From Lama glama (Eukaryota), in the NCBI GenBank assembly GCA_028534125.1, contig CM052817.1:94242001-94306000 (forward strand): DNA of 64,000 nucleotides. The letters are read 5' to 3'. Every line of letters starts with the position of its first letter. Position 1 is the stretch's first letter. Below the pieces are notes generated by a model, which was given only the letters and a program-made list of their open reading frames with translations, was not told the DNA's origin and did not search any database. The translations under genes were made by a program, and so were the position numbers. Below are positions 39,771 through 52,450 of this stretch, one piece after another.

Positions 39771-41119
39771 CGGTTGTCCTTTTATAGTTGCAGAGACGGA
39801 AACTGCGAGCTGAAATGCTCACTCAAAGGCTTGCAAGAGGAGGAAGGAATTGCCTTCCTCAGGACTTCACTTTGCTCATTGCCTACACCACTCCAACCGC
39901 AGTGGCAGCCACCGCACCAGGGGGCTCCTCGCATCCCCAGTCACCCCAACATTCACCGAATCCCTTTCACTGTCATCTCTGGTTCTTCAGCCCAAAACGA
40001 TCATCCCTTCGTCTCCCACAGCCTCCCACCCCTTTCCCTTCACCAAGGCTTTCCTCTGGTTCTCTGAAAAAGCTCATCTCCACTTTACACTCAATTTGCC
40101 TTGATGGAATGTGGGTGCCACTGAGGAAACCACTTCCCCAGCTCTTTCAAGTGGAACTCTTTCCTGTCACACCCCAGGCCCTGGGGTCAGGAAGTGAGTC
40201 CCCTTCCTATCCAATGCTGCTTCACACAAGCCTCCCTCCTTCTTCCAAATCCAGAGCAATTGAGGTGAAGACACCACTCTGCTTGTTGCTGTGATCAAGT
40301 GACTCCCGGTCACCCCTTCCCAGGCAGTGCCCACTCCCTCTCGTCCTCCCCTCTATGGATCACTGTTCTCCCTTCTTCTCTGTCCCTTTCAGTGCTCTGG
40401 GTAACTTTAATCTCCTCCTGAGTGGTGCATACAGAACACTGGCTTCCCTCAGCTCCTTGAACTCCAGTGACCTTTTTCTCCATCAGCTTCAGCCACCCAC
40501 TACCAAGTTTCCATCCTAGATCTTGCAGAATCAGACCAATTCACGAAACGAACAATTGGCAGAATTTTACTTAATTCTTACTATTAATAAAGTTTATAAT
40601 CATGTTCCATATTGGATGGGATAAACCAGTTTTTTGAAGATTTCTGGTAATATCTGAGTTAGTTTTACTCCGCTTTTAAGGAATGTGTGACTAAGATCTG
40701 CTCTAACTCCCTGTGTTTATAGCTGGAGAAAGATGGATCAGAGAGAAAACAGAAAAAAGTTGGAGAGGGGGCCAGGCAGCACAGGAGAGGTAAGACTGAT
40801 GGCTGGGGAGGTGGTGGAGACCGGGAGTACTCTCAGGAAGAGAAATGTGGGACTGGCGCGCTCATCCTTACAAATGCATGTTTTGTGATATACTTTAATC
40901 ATGAAGAATTCTTATCAATTCATTTTTATAACCCTCAGTCTTTTTTCTCTACTCATACAATAAATATTCCTCTCAGTTTCTTAAGTCCATTCTCTTCTCT
41001 TCTGCTCCTGCCTTCACTGACTCCTCTGTCTCTTCTCAACTGGATCCCTGCTGGGGATCTCCTGGCTCCTCCTGCTCTGATTAGGGCTCCTCTCAGCTTT
41101 TCAGATGCCCTTAGGTTTG

Positions 41120-42070
41120 TTTGTTTTTATTGCAGTATGGTTGATTTACAATATTATATACGTTTCAGGTGTACAACATAGTGATTTATAACTTTTAAAA
41201 GTTATACTCCATTTATAGTTATAAAATATTGGCTATATTCCCTGTGCTGTACAGTATGTCTTCATTGCTTATTTATTTTATACATAATAGTTTGTACCTC
41301 TTAATCCCCTACTCCTAAACTGCCCCTCCCCCTGCCTCTCCCCACTGGTAACCACCAGTATGTTCTCTATATCTGTGAGTCTCTTTTTTGTTATAGTCAC
41401 TAGTTTTTTCTATTTTTTAGATTCCACATATAAGTGATATCATACAGTATTTGTCTTTCTCTGTCTGACTTATTTCACTTAGCATAATACCTTCCACATC
41501 TATCCAAGTTGTTCTAAATGGCAGAACTTCATTATTTTTTATGGCTGAGTAGTATTCCATTCTGATGTATATGTGTGTGTGTGCATGCGTATTCTTTATC
41601 TATTCATCTGTTGATGGACGCTTAGGTTGCTTCCATATTTTGGCAATTGTAAATAATGCTGCTATGAACATTGGGGTGCATGTGTCTTTCTGAATTGGAG
41701 TTTTTGGTGTTCTTTGGATATATACCCAAGAGTAGAATTGCTGGGTCATATGGTAGTTCCATTTTTCATTTTTTGAGAAACTTCCATACTGTTTTCTATA
41801 ATGGCTGCACCAATTTACATTCCCACCAACAATACATGAGAGTTCTCTTTTCTCCACATCCTCACCAACATTTGTTATTTGTGGTCTTCTTGATGATAGC
41901 CATTCTGACAAGTAGAAGGTGGTATCTCACTGAGGTTTTGATTTGCATTTCTCTGATGATTAATGACACTGAGCATCTTTTCATGTGCCTGTTGGCCATC
42001 TGTATGTCTTTGTTGGAAAAATGTCTATTTAGGTCCTCTGCCCATTGTTTAATCAAGTTGTTGTTTTTTT
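41120..42070 (-). mobile_element. L1 fragment: ORF2 C-terminus plus 3' UTR
   Basis: peptides [12 protein letters not shown]...[17 protein letters not shown] and [23 protein letters not shown]; 3' UTR cccactggtaaccacc. Confidence 0.92.
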
Positions 42071-42769
42071 CTGTTGAGTCATCTAATGCTCTTCTCCTTC
42101 TCTCTTCCTCTACTTTGATTCAGACCTATGACTCTGGCTTTTCTTGCTCTTCGAGGCTATTAGGTCCTTCCTGGGATGAGATTTCAGGCTGTACCCATCC
42201 TGAGAAGACTGTGCCCATCCAAGCCCTGCCAGAGTCTGGGATTTAGCTGACATGGAGGAAGACAGGAGACACACCTAAGTATGCATTCTGAGGCAGCCCG
42301 AGCATTCCAGCATAAAATTACCATTTAAAAATGCAAACAGATAATCCCCAAGGGACTAGAGCACACACTATTCAGTACATCACTTCAGTAAAACACTTTA
42401 TACCATCATGGCTAGTGCAAATGAGCAGACTTTGTGGTGAACCTGGGTGTTTAGTATTTGTATGTGTGTATATGAGAGCCCTTAAAAATAGGAGACAATT
42501 ATGTGAAAAGAAAGCTACACTTTCTAAAATTTTCAACTTTGTAAATGTATATGTAACTAATTGTTACCAAGGGAATTCCATTGTTTTGCGTATATCACCT
42601 CTACTATAGTGATCCCAAAATCATCTAAAAAACTTTAACACTGATTTTCAGACTTATATGGAGTAGATACAACAAATGGTATCATTAAATCACTGTTCTG
42701 TGATCCCTTAAATAGGTGTGACACCTATTGATAAATGCCATTTTTTTCTACCATGTCACAAATGATGAG

Positions 42770-43090
42770 GAGAATTCTCAGCAATAAGAAGCAACAAATT
42801 ATTGGTACACATAACAACCTAGATGAATCTCCAAAGAATTATGCTGAGTGAAATAAACCAATCCCAGAGGGTTACATACTGTATGATTTCATTTATATAA
42901 CAATCTTAAAATAACGAAACTATAGAAATGGAAAACAGAGTTATTGGTTGCCAGGGCATAAGGAAGAGTTGGGGGCAGGAAGGGGTAGGGATGATATAAA
43001 AGTCATGAGATGCTCCTGTGGTGATGGAGATGCTCTGTAGCTTGACCGTATCAATGTCAATATCCTAGCTGTACTACTGCACTGTAGGTA
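42770..43090 (+). mobile_element. old L1M 3' UTR fragment
   Basis: gatgaatctccaaagaattatgctgagtgaa...acatactgtatgatttcatttatataa...ggttgccaggg. Confidence 0.75.
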
Positions 43091-43499
43091 CCCTTGTTCT
43101 GTAATTGCCCAATGGGATTTTCTTTGTAATCCGAACTCCATAAAGTCATAGCAAGCATGATACTTGGTGTAATATGAATCATTTATACTATAATAAATAA
43201 CATCAAAAAACAGATAAAAACTCATGTTGGCGACACTCTAGGAGAATTTTAGTGATCACTGATGAAGTTTAAAATTTAAAAATCTGTATTAGTAAACTCC
43301 AGGAGAGAAATAATAATTTTAAAAGTGAGAAGAGCACTAGATTTAGAGTCCAAAGGTTTGAGGTGACACCAGTTGCCCAAATAATTTTAGAAAGTTAATC
43401 TTAATTCACTCAGATGAAAAGTGATTGAACTAGATCATTATAAGTTAAATAGAACTCAAATATTGCTAAGTATAAAAAAAATTGAAAAATAAAATTGTT

Positions 43500-43930
43500 A
43501 ACTCATGGTGCATTAAAATTAGGAACTCTGTTTATCAAAACACCATTACCAGAATGAGAACACAAGCCAAGAGTGGGAGAAGATATTTGCAAAACACATA
43601 CTTGATAAGGTTTCATTTCCAAATCATATAACAAACTCTGACAAATCAATAATAAAGGGCAAGTAATTCAACAGAAAAAAATAGACAGAAGACTTAAATT
43701 AGCAACATATCCAAATTGTCCCCAACTTCAACAAATGAAGATCACATAATGATTTATTACACACTTATCAGAATGATTAAAATTAAAAAGATTGACAACA
43801 TCAAGTATTGGCGAAAAAGTGGAGTTCCTGGAATTCTCATATAATAAATGAGCTTATAAGTTGGTCCAACCACTTCAAAAAACTGGTAGTATTTGCTAAT
43901 GCTCAGCAGTACATTCCTTAAAACCCAGGA
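43500..43930 (+). mobile_element. old L1 ORF2 3' fragment
   Basis: gagtgggagaagatatttgcaaaacacata; caaatcaataataaa; caagtattggcga. Confidence 0.6.
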
Positions 43931-43959
43931 TATATTTAGGGTCGCTTCAACAGGAGGTC

Positions 43960-44800
43960 CCAGCAGATTAGACATCAGGTATGATTAACTGGATGGATTG
44001 TGAGTCATTTATGAGATGGGATGCACTTGAGGTCTGGGGACGAAGTTCTGTATTGCCATGTTAAGTCTGAGTTAGAGTTCTAAACATTCTCATAGAAAAG
44101 ACAAATAGGCTGTTGAATATGATAAAATTTCAGGGGAAGAGAAAGGATCAAGGTATATATTTGGAAGTCCTCACAATACAGATGTATATAAAGTCCTGGA
44201 AATGGATGAGAGCATCTAGGGAGAATGTGCAGTTAGAAAACTGGTCACATAACTACGTGCCACATGTAGAGATCAAGCAAAGGACGAGGAGTCAGCAAAG
44301 GAGACTGAGAAAGAACAGGTAGTAAAGCAGGAAGGAAACCAGGAGCGTGTGGTCTTACAAATGAAGAGTATTTCAGGAAAAAGGGAGTGGTCAATAGTGA
44401 GAAATCCTGCTGGGAGGTAAAGTAAGGTAAGAACACAGAAGCAGCCATTTGATTTGGCCCCATGAAAATCACCGATTTACACAAGCACTTTGAGTGCAGT
44501 GCTGGAGACAGAGCATGATTAGGGCGGTCCAGATGGTGCAGAAATAGAGACAACAGTGTAACGGCCCCTTTGAGAAGATGTTCTATGAAAAGATAAAAAA
44601 AAAATATTAAGGAAGATATGACATAAAAAATGGGGGAAGGGTTCTGCCTTTTTTTTTAAGAGTATTAGACACTAGCTCATGTTTACATACTGGCAGCAAA
44701 GATCTAGTAGAGAGTAGAGAAGGAAAAAAAAATCTATGATACAGGGACAAGGAGGACTAACTGTAGGGGGTGAACTCCTTGAAATGGCTACAGACGGAAT
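43960..44800 (-). mobile_element. L2 remnant
   Basis: purine-rich L2-like text (atgttaagtctgag, gagtcagcaaaggagactgagaaag, ggaaggaaaccaggag). Confidence 0.5.
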
Positions 44801-44849
44801 TCGGAGCCCAAGAAGATTTTGGTAGAAGCAGGGATAGTTCATATAGATA

Positions 44850-46100
44850 TAAAACTATACAAAATTTACTTCTGTGTCTCCTTTTGTCAGTTTTGAATTT
44901 CATAGTTTTCTAGAAATTTGTCCATTTCAAATGAAATTTTCAAATTATTGGCAAAATATTCATAATATGCTTTTATTATCTTTTAAATGCCAGGTGGCTC
45001 TGTCGGGATGCTTTTTTTCCATCCCTGATATTTTATCATGCTTTCTCTTTTCTTAATTAGCCTTTCCAGGCATTTACCAATTGTCTTAGTTTTTTGGAGG
45101 GTTGGGTATAACTCAGTGGTAGAGAGTGAGCTTGGCATGCGAAAGGTCCCAGGTTCAATTTTTTTTCTGTCTTTTCAAATAATGAACTTCTGGCATGGCT
45201 GGTATTTACTGTACATCTCTTTTCTCTTTCTTTAATTTCTATTACTTTCATAATATCCTTCCTTTTAGTTTGAATTTAATTTGTTGTTCTTTTTATGATT
45301 TATATAAATGAATATTTAGATTATTGATTTTGGCTTTAGCTATGTCCTACAATTTTGGAATGGCATATTTTTATGATCATTTCATTCAAAATTCTTTCTA
45401 ATTTCCATTTTGATCTTTTCAGAATTATGTTGATTAATTTCCAAACATGAGAGATTTACAGTGATTTTTCAGTTACTGATTTCTAGCTCAACTCCCCTAA
45501 GGTCAGAGAAAATACTCTGATTTGGAGTATTCAAAATTTGTTAACGCTTTATGACTCAGCACATTCTCAACTTTGCCAAACATTCCACGAGTTCTCGAAA
45601 AGAATGAGTATCTGCTGTTAGTAGGTGCAATTTTCTACATGTGTTAATTAGGTCAAGCTTATTAACATATCAATCTCATATCTATCCATACTGATACTTT
45701 TTAGCTGCTTGTACCAGTTGCTAAGAAAGGAGTATGAAATTTCCCACTTGACTGTAGATTTTTCTAGTTCTTCTTATAACTCTATAAGTTTTTGCTCTAT
45801 ATATTTTTGGGCTTTGTCATTAGATGCATACGAATTTATAATTTTTATATTTTCCTGGTAAACTGGTCCTTTTATCTTTACGAAGTGTCCCATTTTACTC
45901 CGAGTGATGCTTCATGTTATTGTAACTCTACTGGTTTTCTTCTGGTTAGTATTTGCAAGAACTGTCTTTTTCTATCTCTACTTTGAACCTTCGAGTATTC
46001 TTATATTTAAGGTGTGTCCCTTGTAAGTGGCATATAGACTAGCTTTGTTGTTTTATCCAGTCTGACAATCTTTTTCTCTAATTGGAATATTTAGTCCCTT
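44850..46100 (-). mobile_element. old L1 ORF2 5' fragment
   Basis: antisense text (tctagaaatttgtccatttca, ggtcagagaaaatactctg, tttatccagtctgacaatct). Confidence 0.7.
45096..45160 (+). mobile_element. 3'-truncated tRNA-derived SINE inside the L1
   Basis: ggtataactcagtggtagag...cttggcatgcgaaaggtcccaggttcaat. Confidence 0.75.
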
Positions 46101-46958
46101 TCTTGATACCTGCCTAGGAGCCGACCTGACATGCCCCTGGAGATGTGCTGGGCTTTGAGAATCACTCTTCTGAGCCTGTATCTTCCCTCTTCCCATTCCC
46201 AAGCTGGAATTTTTCCCTAATCAAAGAGCTGGGAACACAGCTTCTGTTTCACCGGTTCTTTCTAATTACATGGTGTGGAGCTGGGGCCTGGGCCCTGCAG
46301 TCTGCTTACAGCTCTGCTTCCCAGGGTGGCGGCATAAATTTGCTCCAGAGACCCATCCCTCTGCCAGGTTCCTGGTAACAGAGGCCTTAATACCTTGCTG
46401 CGGAACTGAAAAGAGGTTTTCCTCTTTAATACTAGTCATTTAACATCCTCCCGACTTTCACAGGAGAAGTGGCATGGGAAAGTCCCACATTCCAACGCCC
46501 CTTTCTTCCCATATGTAAAACCGCAGAAGCCACAGACACAGGGCAAGCTCACCACCTAATATAAGCCATTATTATTTTTCTTATCTCCTCCAAGACTTGA
46601 AAAATTGCTGGTTCCCAGGCATGTGCTTGGCTACTACTAATCTTAGCATGGGAAAGTAATCCTTACTTAAGCAAAATCATGTATGAAATAGGAAGCACAG
46701 AGTTTAATATTTTGATACACTGATGCCTTAATAAAACTTTATTTCAGTGTACTTAAGAACTCTGGCTCACTGTGGGAATGGATGAAAGTATTAATTGTGA
46801 ATACACTTTAGCCACAATTTACCTTTTTCTAGACAGGTAACAGGTACACATTTACGTTGAGAGCAGAAATTTTAAGAAGAAACTGATTTTTGGACACTTG
46901 GGAAGTACCAATTTTGTGTCTTGGTGATATCCTTTTGTTTTTCATTGAAGGGCATTTG

Positions 46959-47009
46959 GTCCACGTAGAAAACCATTTTTGAGTCCACGTAGAAAACCAT
47001 TTTTGAGTC
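46959..47009. repeat. perfect 24-bp tandem duplication gtccacgtagaaaaccatttttga x2
   Basis: direct read. Confidence 0.95.
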
Positions 47010-47650
47010 TCTGTCTCTAACTTTTTTCCCCTTGATCTCAATTAGTTTCAAAACAAAATCACATTCTCAAGCCCAGAATTATACACAGGAGAAAAGTTAA
47101 ACAGTGTATTATTGGATTTGGTTTAGCAGTGTGTAGCAGGGGCTTGAAATAACAGTGGCTTGCAGAAAATAGAAGTTCATTCCTCCCTCATGTAAATTGC
47201 ACTCATCCTTCATTTACGTGGCCACACTGGCAGCAAGGGAGGATGGGAAATACCATATTTACTCAGCATGGTCTTGTGTCCAGCTAAGCATGAAAGCACT
47301 TAGAGAATGGTTGTTAAAGAACAATTCTTAGTCTGTCATAATCTCACATTTTAAAATAGACTTTCTCAGGTAAGAATAATATAAGAACTAATCGAGGTAC
47401 TAAACTTTGGGGTTTTCTTAGAATTAACCCTCCTTCGCAATTGTATTTATATACGTGTGTGTGTATATCCTGTATGTACTGCTCATTTAACTATTGCTGC
47501 ATTCAACCTCCTTGCATGCATATATTGTGAGCTAACCTAAATAGCATTTTATTGGCATTATCCTTATAGAAGCAAACAATTATTAGCAGAATTAAGATAA
47601 ACTGGGTGACTTCGTTCTCCTCTTGAGAAATTGAATATACAACCTGACCA

Positions 47651-48036
47651 TGTGTGACAGTGGGACTCTGACCCACAACCTCTGTAGCAGCCAGCCTGGG
47701 ACACTAAACCACAACCTCTATGGCAGTCTGCCCAGAACGGGCAGGAGTTCGTCAGTGACTACCAACTTCTCTATTTTTTGCCTCCAATTCAGGACCAACC
47801 AGAGAAAGCCAAAGGTGCTCCTCAAACCAATCCTATATAAAAGAGGGCCTGCTTCTAGTTAGTCTACCTCTAGTTCTTCCACCCAGCACTCTCCAATCAG
47901 AGCATACTACTGGGAAACTTTTCCACTCCCCACTTTGCCTAGGGCAAGTGATGGCAGCCAACTCCCTCAGTATAGTAAGCTCTGAATAAACAGCTTCTGT
48001 TTGCTCTCATTTGGGTGGTCTTCATTTATTTCCACA
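47651..48036 (+). mobile_element. ERV1-type solo LTR
   Basis: TG...CA ends; CCAAT 47827, TATATAAAA 47834, AATAAA 47985; MER34/MER39-like text aggaccaaccagagaaagcc. Confidence 0.7.
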
Positions 48037-48540
48037 CTGATAATAAGCTATCAGCCTTAAACTACAGGTTTCCTCTTTGATTCTTCTGCAATTTGGTCTA
48101 ATGAATCTGCCGTATCACACATTGGCTGCACAGTGCTGGGCAGACTACTCTATCTGCCTCTGTGTCTGCGTCTCTTTCTGCAAAAAGGGGGACAATTATT
48201 ACCCATTTCACAAGAGATAATGTGAGGGCCAAATATGTTAACACATGTAAAACACCTGGGCCAGTACTTGGCCCAATATATGTGAATGATCATCACCGAA
48301 GTCCAAGTTTTCTTTTATTTAAATTTTATTTTATACCCAGTGCCTGGGATCTTTATAAGTCCAAACTAAGGGTTCAATTATAAGTTTATGTTTTATTTTC
48401 CACCTTGAAGATTGTGTAGTGTGTGTATACATAGGTGTCTGTATAAACTCATTTGAAATTAGTGAATTTAAATTAGAAGACAAATTTATTAAAAGTCCAT
48501 CTTTCTCTTTCCAAAACATGTCATATATGTTTGTGGCAAT

Positions 48541-49064
48541 TGTAGGAAAGAAAAAAAATTTTTTTGCTTCTACCTTCCTAGGGCCCTGTAAAATTAGACT
48601 GACAAAAGATTAACAAGAGAAAACCAAACAATTTATTAATGTGTAGCACACATAATGGAGGAGAGACCTCAGTGAAGAGTAATTCAAAGGGGTGGTTAGA
48701 ATTTGGGCTTCTATAGCATCTTAACAGAAGAACAATACATTTGTAGAAAAGCAACAAGAGAAAGGCAAAGGTTTTAGGCTTTCAAGGGCTGCAGGCTGTG
48801 GGAAGGTAAATAAATGGGGGAAACGAGCAGAGTAATGTTTGTGCAGGTCCACCAGAGTGCTGACTTTCTGTCTTCCTCGTAGCTGTGAACCCTCCCTGGG
48901 AGAGGGGAAGGCACTCCTCAGATTTCAGAGTTTCTGTTTTTAATCAAATCAGAGACACTCCAGGAAGGCTTCTTTCTGCATCTGTTGATTCTCATTTGCC
49001 TCCAGTTCAAAATAATACACGCCAAAGTAGTGTGTTTTGGAGTGGCATATTCCGGTCTCCTACA
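48541..49064 (-). mobile_element. ERV1-type solo LTR
   Basis: 7-bp inverted termini TGTAGGA...TCCTACA; tttatt poly(A) signal on the minus strand; tcaaaataat...gccaaagt end motif. Confidence 0.75.
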
Positions 49065-49089
49065 CCACCATGAAACTGATGCTTAGACA

Positions 49090-49560
49090 CTCAGCTGTAC
49101 GTATTGTCAGGGTTCCTGTAGCCTCAGCTGCTGACCCTGTGGACCCACCTCTGCAGCTGCCCCTCACCATCCCACCTTTATTACCCACCTGTCTCCAAAA
49201 AGTCAAAACAACTCACCCCGTGTTCTGCTTGGGACACACTTCTAGGCTGTCCCAGTAGGCAGTGGTACCAGGACAGGAATGTTCCCATGGGACACGGCAC
49301 TCATCTAACAGGAGGCTATGGCTTGAGGACTCCTCTTCAGCCTGGCCACAATTTCCTTAGAGCTGTGCTGAGAGCTGAAATTCTCCCTCTGCAGCCCCCA
49401 TCTTTCCCCTCTTTACCTGTGTTAGCCCTGCATCTCTGAAAGTACTCCCTGCCTGCTCTGGCTGGCTTCCTCGCTTTACTCTTAACAGGCGTTTCCCCTA
49501 AATTTGTCTCTTGCAGTCTGATCCCATCTTGGTGTTTTCTTCTGCGAGGACATGAACACA
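49090..49560 (+). mobile_element. LTR16-like ERV-L LTR remnant
   Basis: 3' end cccatcttggtgttttcttctgcgaggacatgaacaca resembles the recalled LTR16 terminus. Confidence 0.5.
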
Positions 49561-51634
49561 AAGCGTAAACAAAATGCAAACCAGCTGGAAGATACAATTA
49601 CAATCACAATTTCCACCTTAAAGTTCTGAGTGGGACTCAAAGTTGCATAAGAATTACCACTTTCATAAAGGAAATGACAGTGTCGTGAAAAACACCTCCT
49701 TCATGGAGAATTTAACTTTAACTTTCTGTGAAAATAACTACTTCATGGAGAGTTTAACTGTGAGTCTAGAATTAAAATCTAGTCTTTTTCCAAATATCAT
49801 GATTCATCAATTCAAAGTACTGAAAGAATTGGAGAAGAAAAAAATTCAATGGTAAAAGAATTAAGATTTTTAAGGAGCGACAAAAATGACAAGCAGGAAT
49901 GACTTACAAAGGTTACAAAGTCTTACAAAGTTCTCATTGTCCAGGTTCCTGTGTTTTAATTCATGGGTTCCCTTACAAAATAGTGAGTAAGTGGAAGCCT
50001 CCTTTGACTTCCGTCCCTCGCTTTTATGTCTGAATGTGAGACTTAGAAAATCTCCACTTCCTTCCACTAGCTAGATCTGAAGTGGCCCATCTTCCTAGGA
50101 CAAACACAAAAGTTGTGCTATTTTAAGAATGCAACTCAGTAGGTCTCCTGACCAGTAGCAGAGTCACAGGATATCCCCCCTTACGTGCCCTCTGGGGCAT
50201 TTAATCTAGACATAAGATAAATTCAACACTTGGTGAGGAGCATCTATCCAGAGAGAAGCCAAAAACTGAAAAGAATTTTTTTAGAATTTATAAGATACTA
50301 AGTTCCTATCTTCTTTCATGATGAGTTATTATAGAAAAATAACTGCATACCTTAAAAAGTAAGAGTCTAATTTTCAAATGGGTGAAATTAACCTCCAGCT
50401 CTCACAAAAATATACTTCAAGTACAATTTAGCTGAATGTATTTCCAATACCACTGAGCTTAGAATGGACACCTTTGATGAAATTTAAAGTATGATTGAAA
50501 ATTAAAAGGATTGTGGTGCTTCAATGGGGACATTTATAGATTTTTCTATAAAAAGTTTTATTTTCTGTTGCATAAATAGACTGTAGACATTTGTGCTAGA
50601 GATGCCAGTCAATGTTTTGCATCCACCACTCTCATCCTGGCTCCTGCTCAAAAGGTAGACCTAGGTAACTGTTCTCGTAACTAGTGGCCCCGACTTACCA
50701 GTGTTAAGTATAATGCCAGCCTATGTTTTATTCTAGTTGGGAATGTTCTTCCTAAATGTATACTGGCTTATTGATCAAATAAGCTAGTATAAACTCCATT
50801 TAATTTTTAAGATTATAAAACTGTGTTTAAACAAATTGAGTTATTATTCTGATTTCCAATAGTAATTACATTTTATAGTTTGTTAGCTTGAAGAATATAT
50901 TTAAGTAACTTAAAACCTTAGACTTACATTAATTCTCGGATATTTATCAGATGCCTAAATCATTTCTAAGATATGACAATGAAACATTGGTTACTAAGCG
51001 TAATTTTCAGTTTATATGCTTTTGTTTTATATTTTAAATGCAAAAAAGAGGCTATTTCTTTGGACCTGTTAATGAATATGCTTATTTTGGCCACTTTGAG
51101 AAGCCTTATAAAGGATGTGGATGGCTGTAGAAGGCTGTGTTACATGTATTCATAAGCTTTGCTTGTCTGCTAAAAAGTGAATGTATATCATAAAATTCAC
51201 AATTATTTACCCTATAGTTTTTTTGTGAAATAAAGGCTATTTTGGTTAAAAGTTACTATTAATACAAATGATTATGACTGTATATTTTGGAGCAATAGTT
51301 TCAGAGATACAACTACTCTGCACATGCTTTTGTTTTTTCAAGGAAAATAGTTTTTCCTTAATCAGCCATTCTCAGGGTTTTTGGTCTACAAACTCCTCTG
51401 CACCACATAACCACCAGCAATGTGTGGATGATTCGTTTTCTCTGTATCTTCACAGGCATTCAGTGTTGTCATTATCTTTTATTTAAGCCATTCTGTTAGA
51501 TATGAAATGATATCTCATTACAGTTTTAACCTGCATTTCTCTAAGGGCTAATGCTTTTGAACATCTTTTGATGTGCTAATTTGCTTTCTGTATAACTTCT
51601 TCAGTGAAATGTCTCTTCATTTTTTTGTATGTAT

Positions 51635-51865
51635 ATATTTTTAATTGAAGTACAGTCAGTTTACAATGTTGTGTCAATTTCTGGTGTACAGCATAATGTT
51701 CAGCCATACATGAACATGCATATATTTGTTTTCATATTGTCACCATACAAGATATTGAATATAGTTCCCTGTGCTATACAGTATAAACTTGTTGTTTATC
51801 CATTTTATATATAGTATCTGCAAATTTCGAACTCCCAGTTTAGCCCTTCCCACTCTCTTCCCCCA
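51635..51865 (-). mobile_element. short lineage-specific L1 3' end
   Basis: ttttaattgaagtacagtcagtttacaatgttgtg...gaatatagttccctgtgctatacagta. Confidence 0.8.
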
Positions 51866-52214
51866 TTCAAGGCCAGAATGTTGAGAGAGTCCTGTCTCTG
51901 GTATCTTTTGTCCTCTGGCAGTGTCTCTTTGCTCCACTCTATTCAGCATAGCACGTACTGTTCTAGCACACTAAATCCAACAGAGGGAATGTTAGATATA
52001 AACGATATGTATTGGCATATTTGAGACCTAACACTAACGTGGTTTTACATTGTCGCGTTCTGTATCTGGGAACATGGTTAAAGTGGTAATTCCTTCCAGT
52101 GTGTTCTTGACACTGTTCCCCTTATCCTCCTCCTTATTAAAAAGCCATAAGATTGCCCTTTCTCCAATGAGGCTCTGACCCTTAGGTTCATGTTCTTCAG
52201 GATTAAAATACCTA

Positions 52215-52450
52215 ACACTTGAATGCAGTGCTCACTATATGTGAGGCACTGTATTAAACACCCTACATGTGCTATCTCATTTAATTCTTATGACATCCTT
52301 ATAAGAATATTATCCAAATATAAAATTGGGATAATAACAGAAAGATGAGAAAACTGATTTCAAAGAAGTTAGATGACTTGCCTGCATTCACACAATTACT
52401 AAGTTCTTGAGCCTGCACTAGGCTTGCCTGACTGTCCAGCTTACTCTCTT
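52215..52450 (-). mobile_element. MIR remnant
   Basis: ctatatgtgaggcactgt...tctcatttaattct...agatgagaaaactga...aagttagatgacttgcc. Confidence 0.6.

Noticed and set aside
39788..40294. 168-aa ORF with overlapping ORFs
   Set aside because: Non-ATG start, no recognisable homology, low-complexity C-rich DNA next to repeats
40520..40900. Possible DNA transposon splitting an L2-like remnant
   Set aside because: Could not identify termini, TSD or family by eye
41671..42246. 191-aa plus-strand ORF
   Set aside because: Antisense frame of an L1 ORF2 C-terminus, a common artefact
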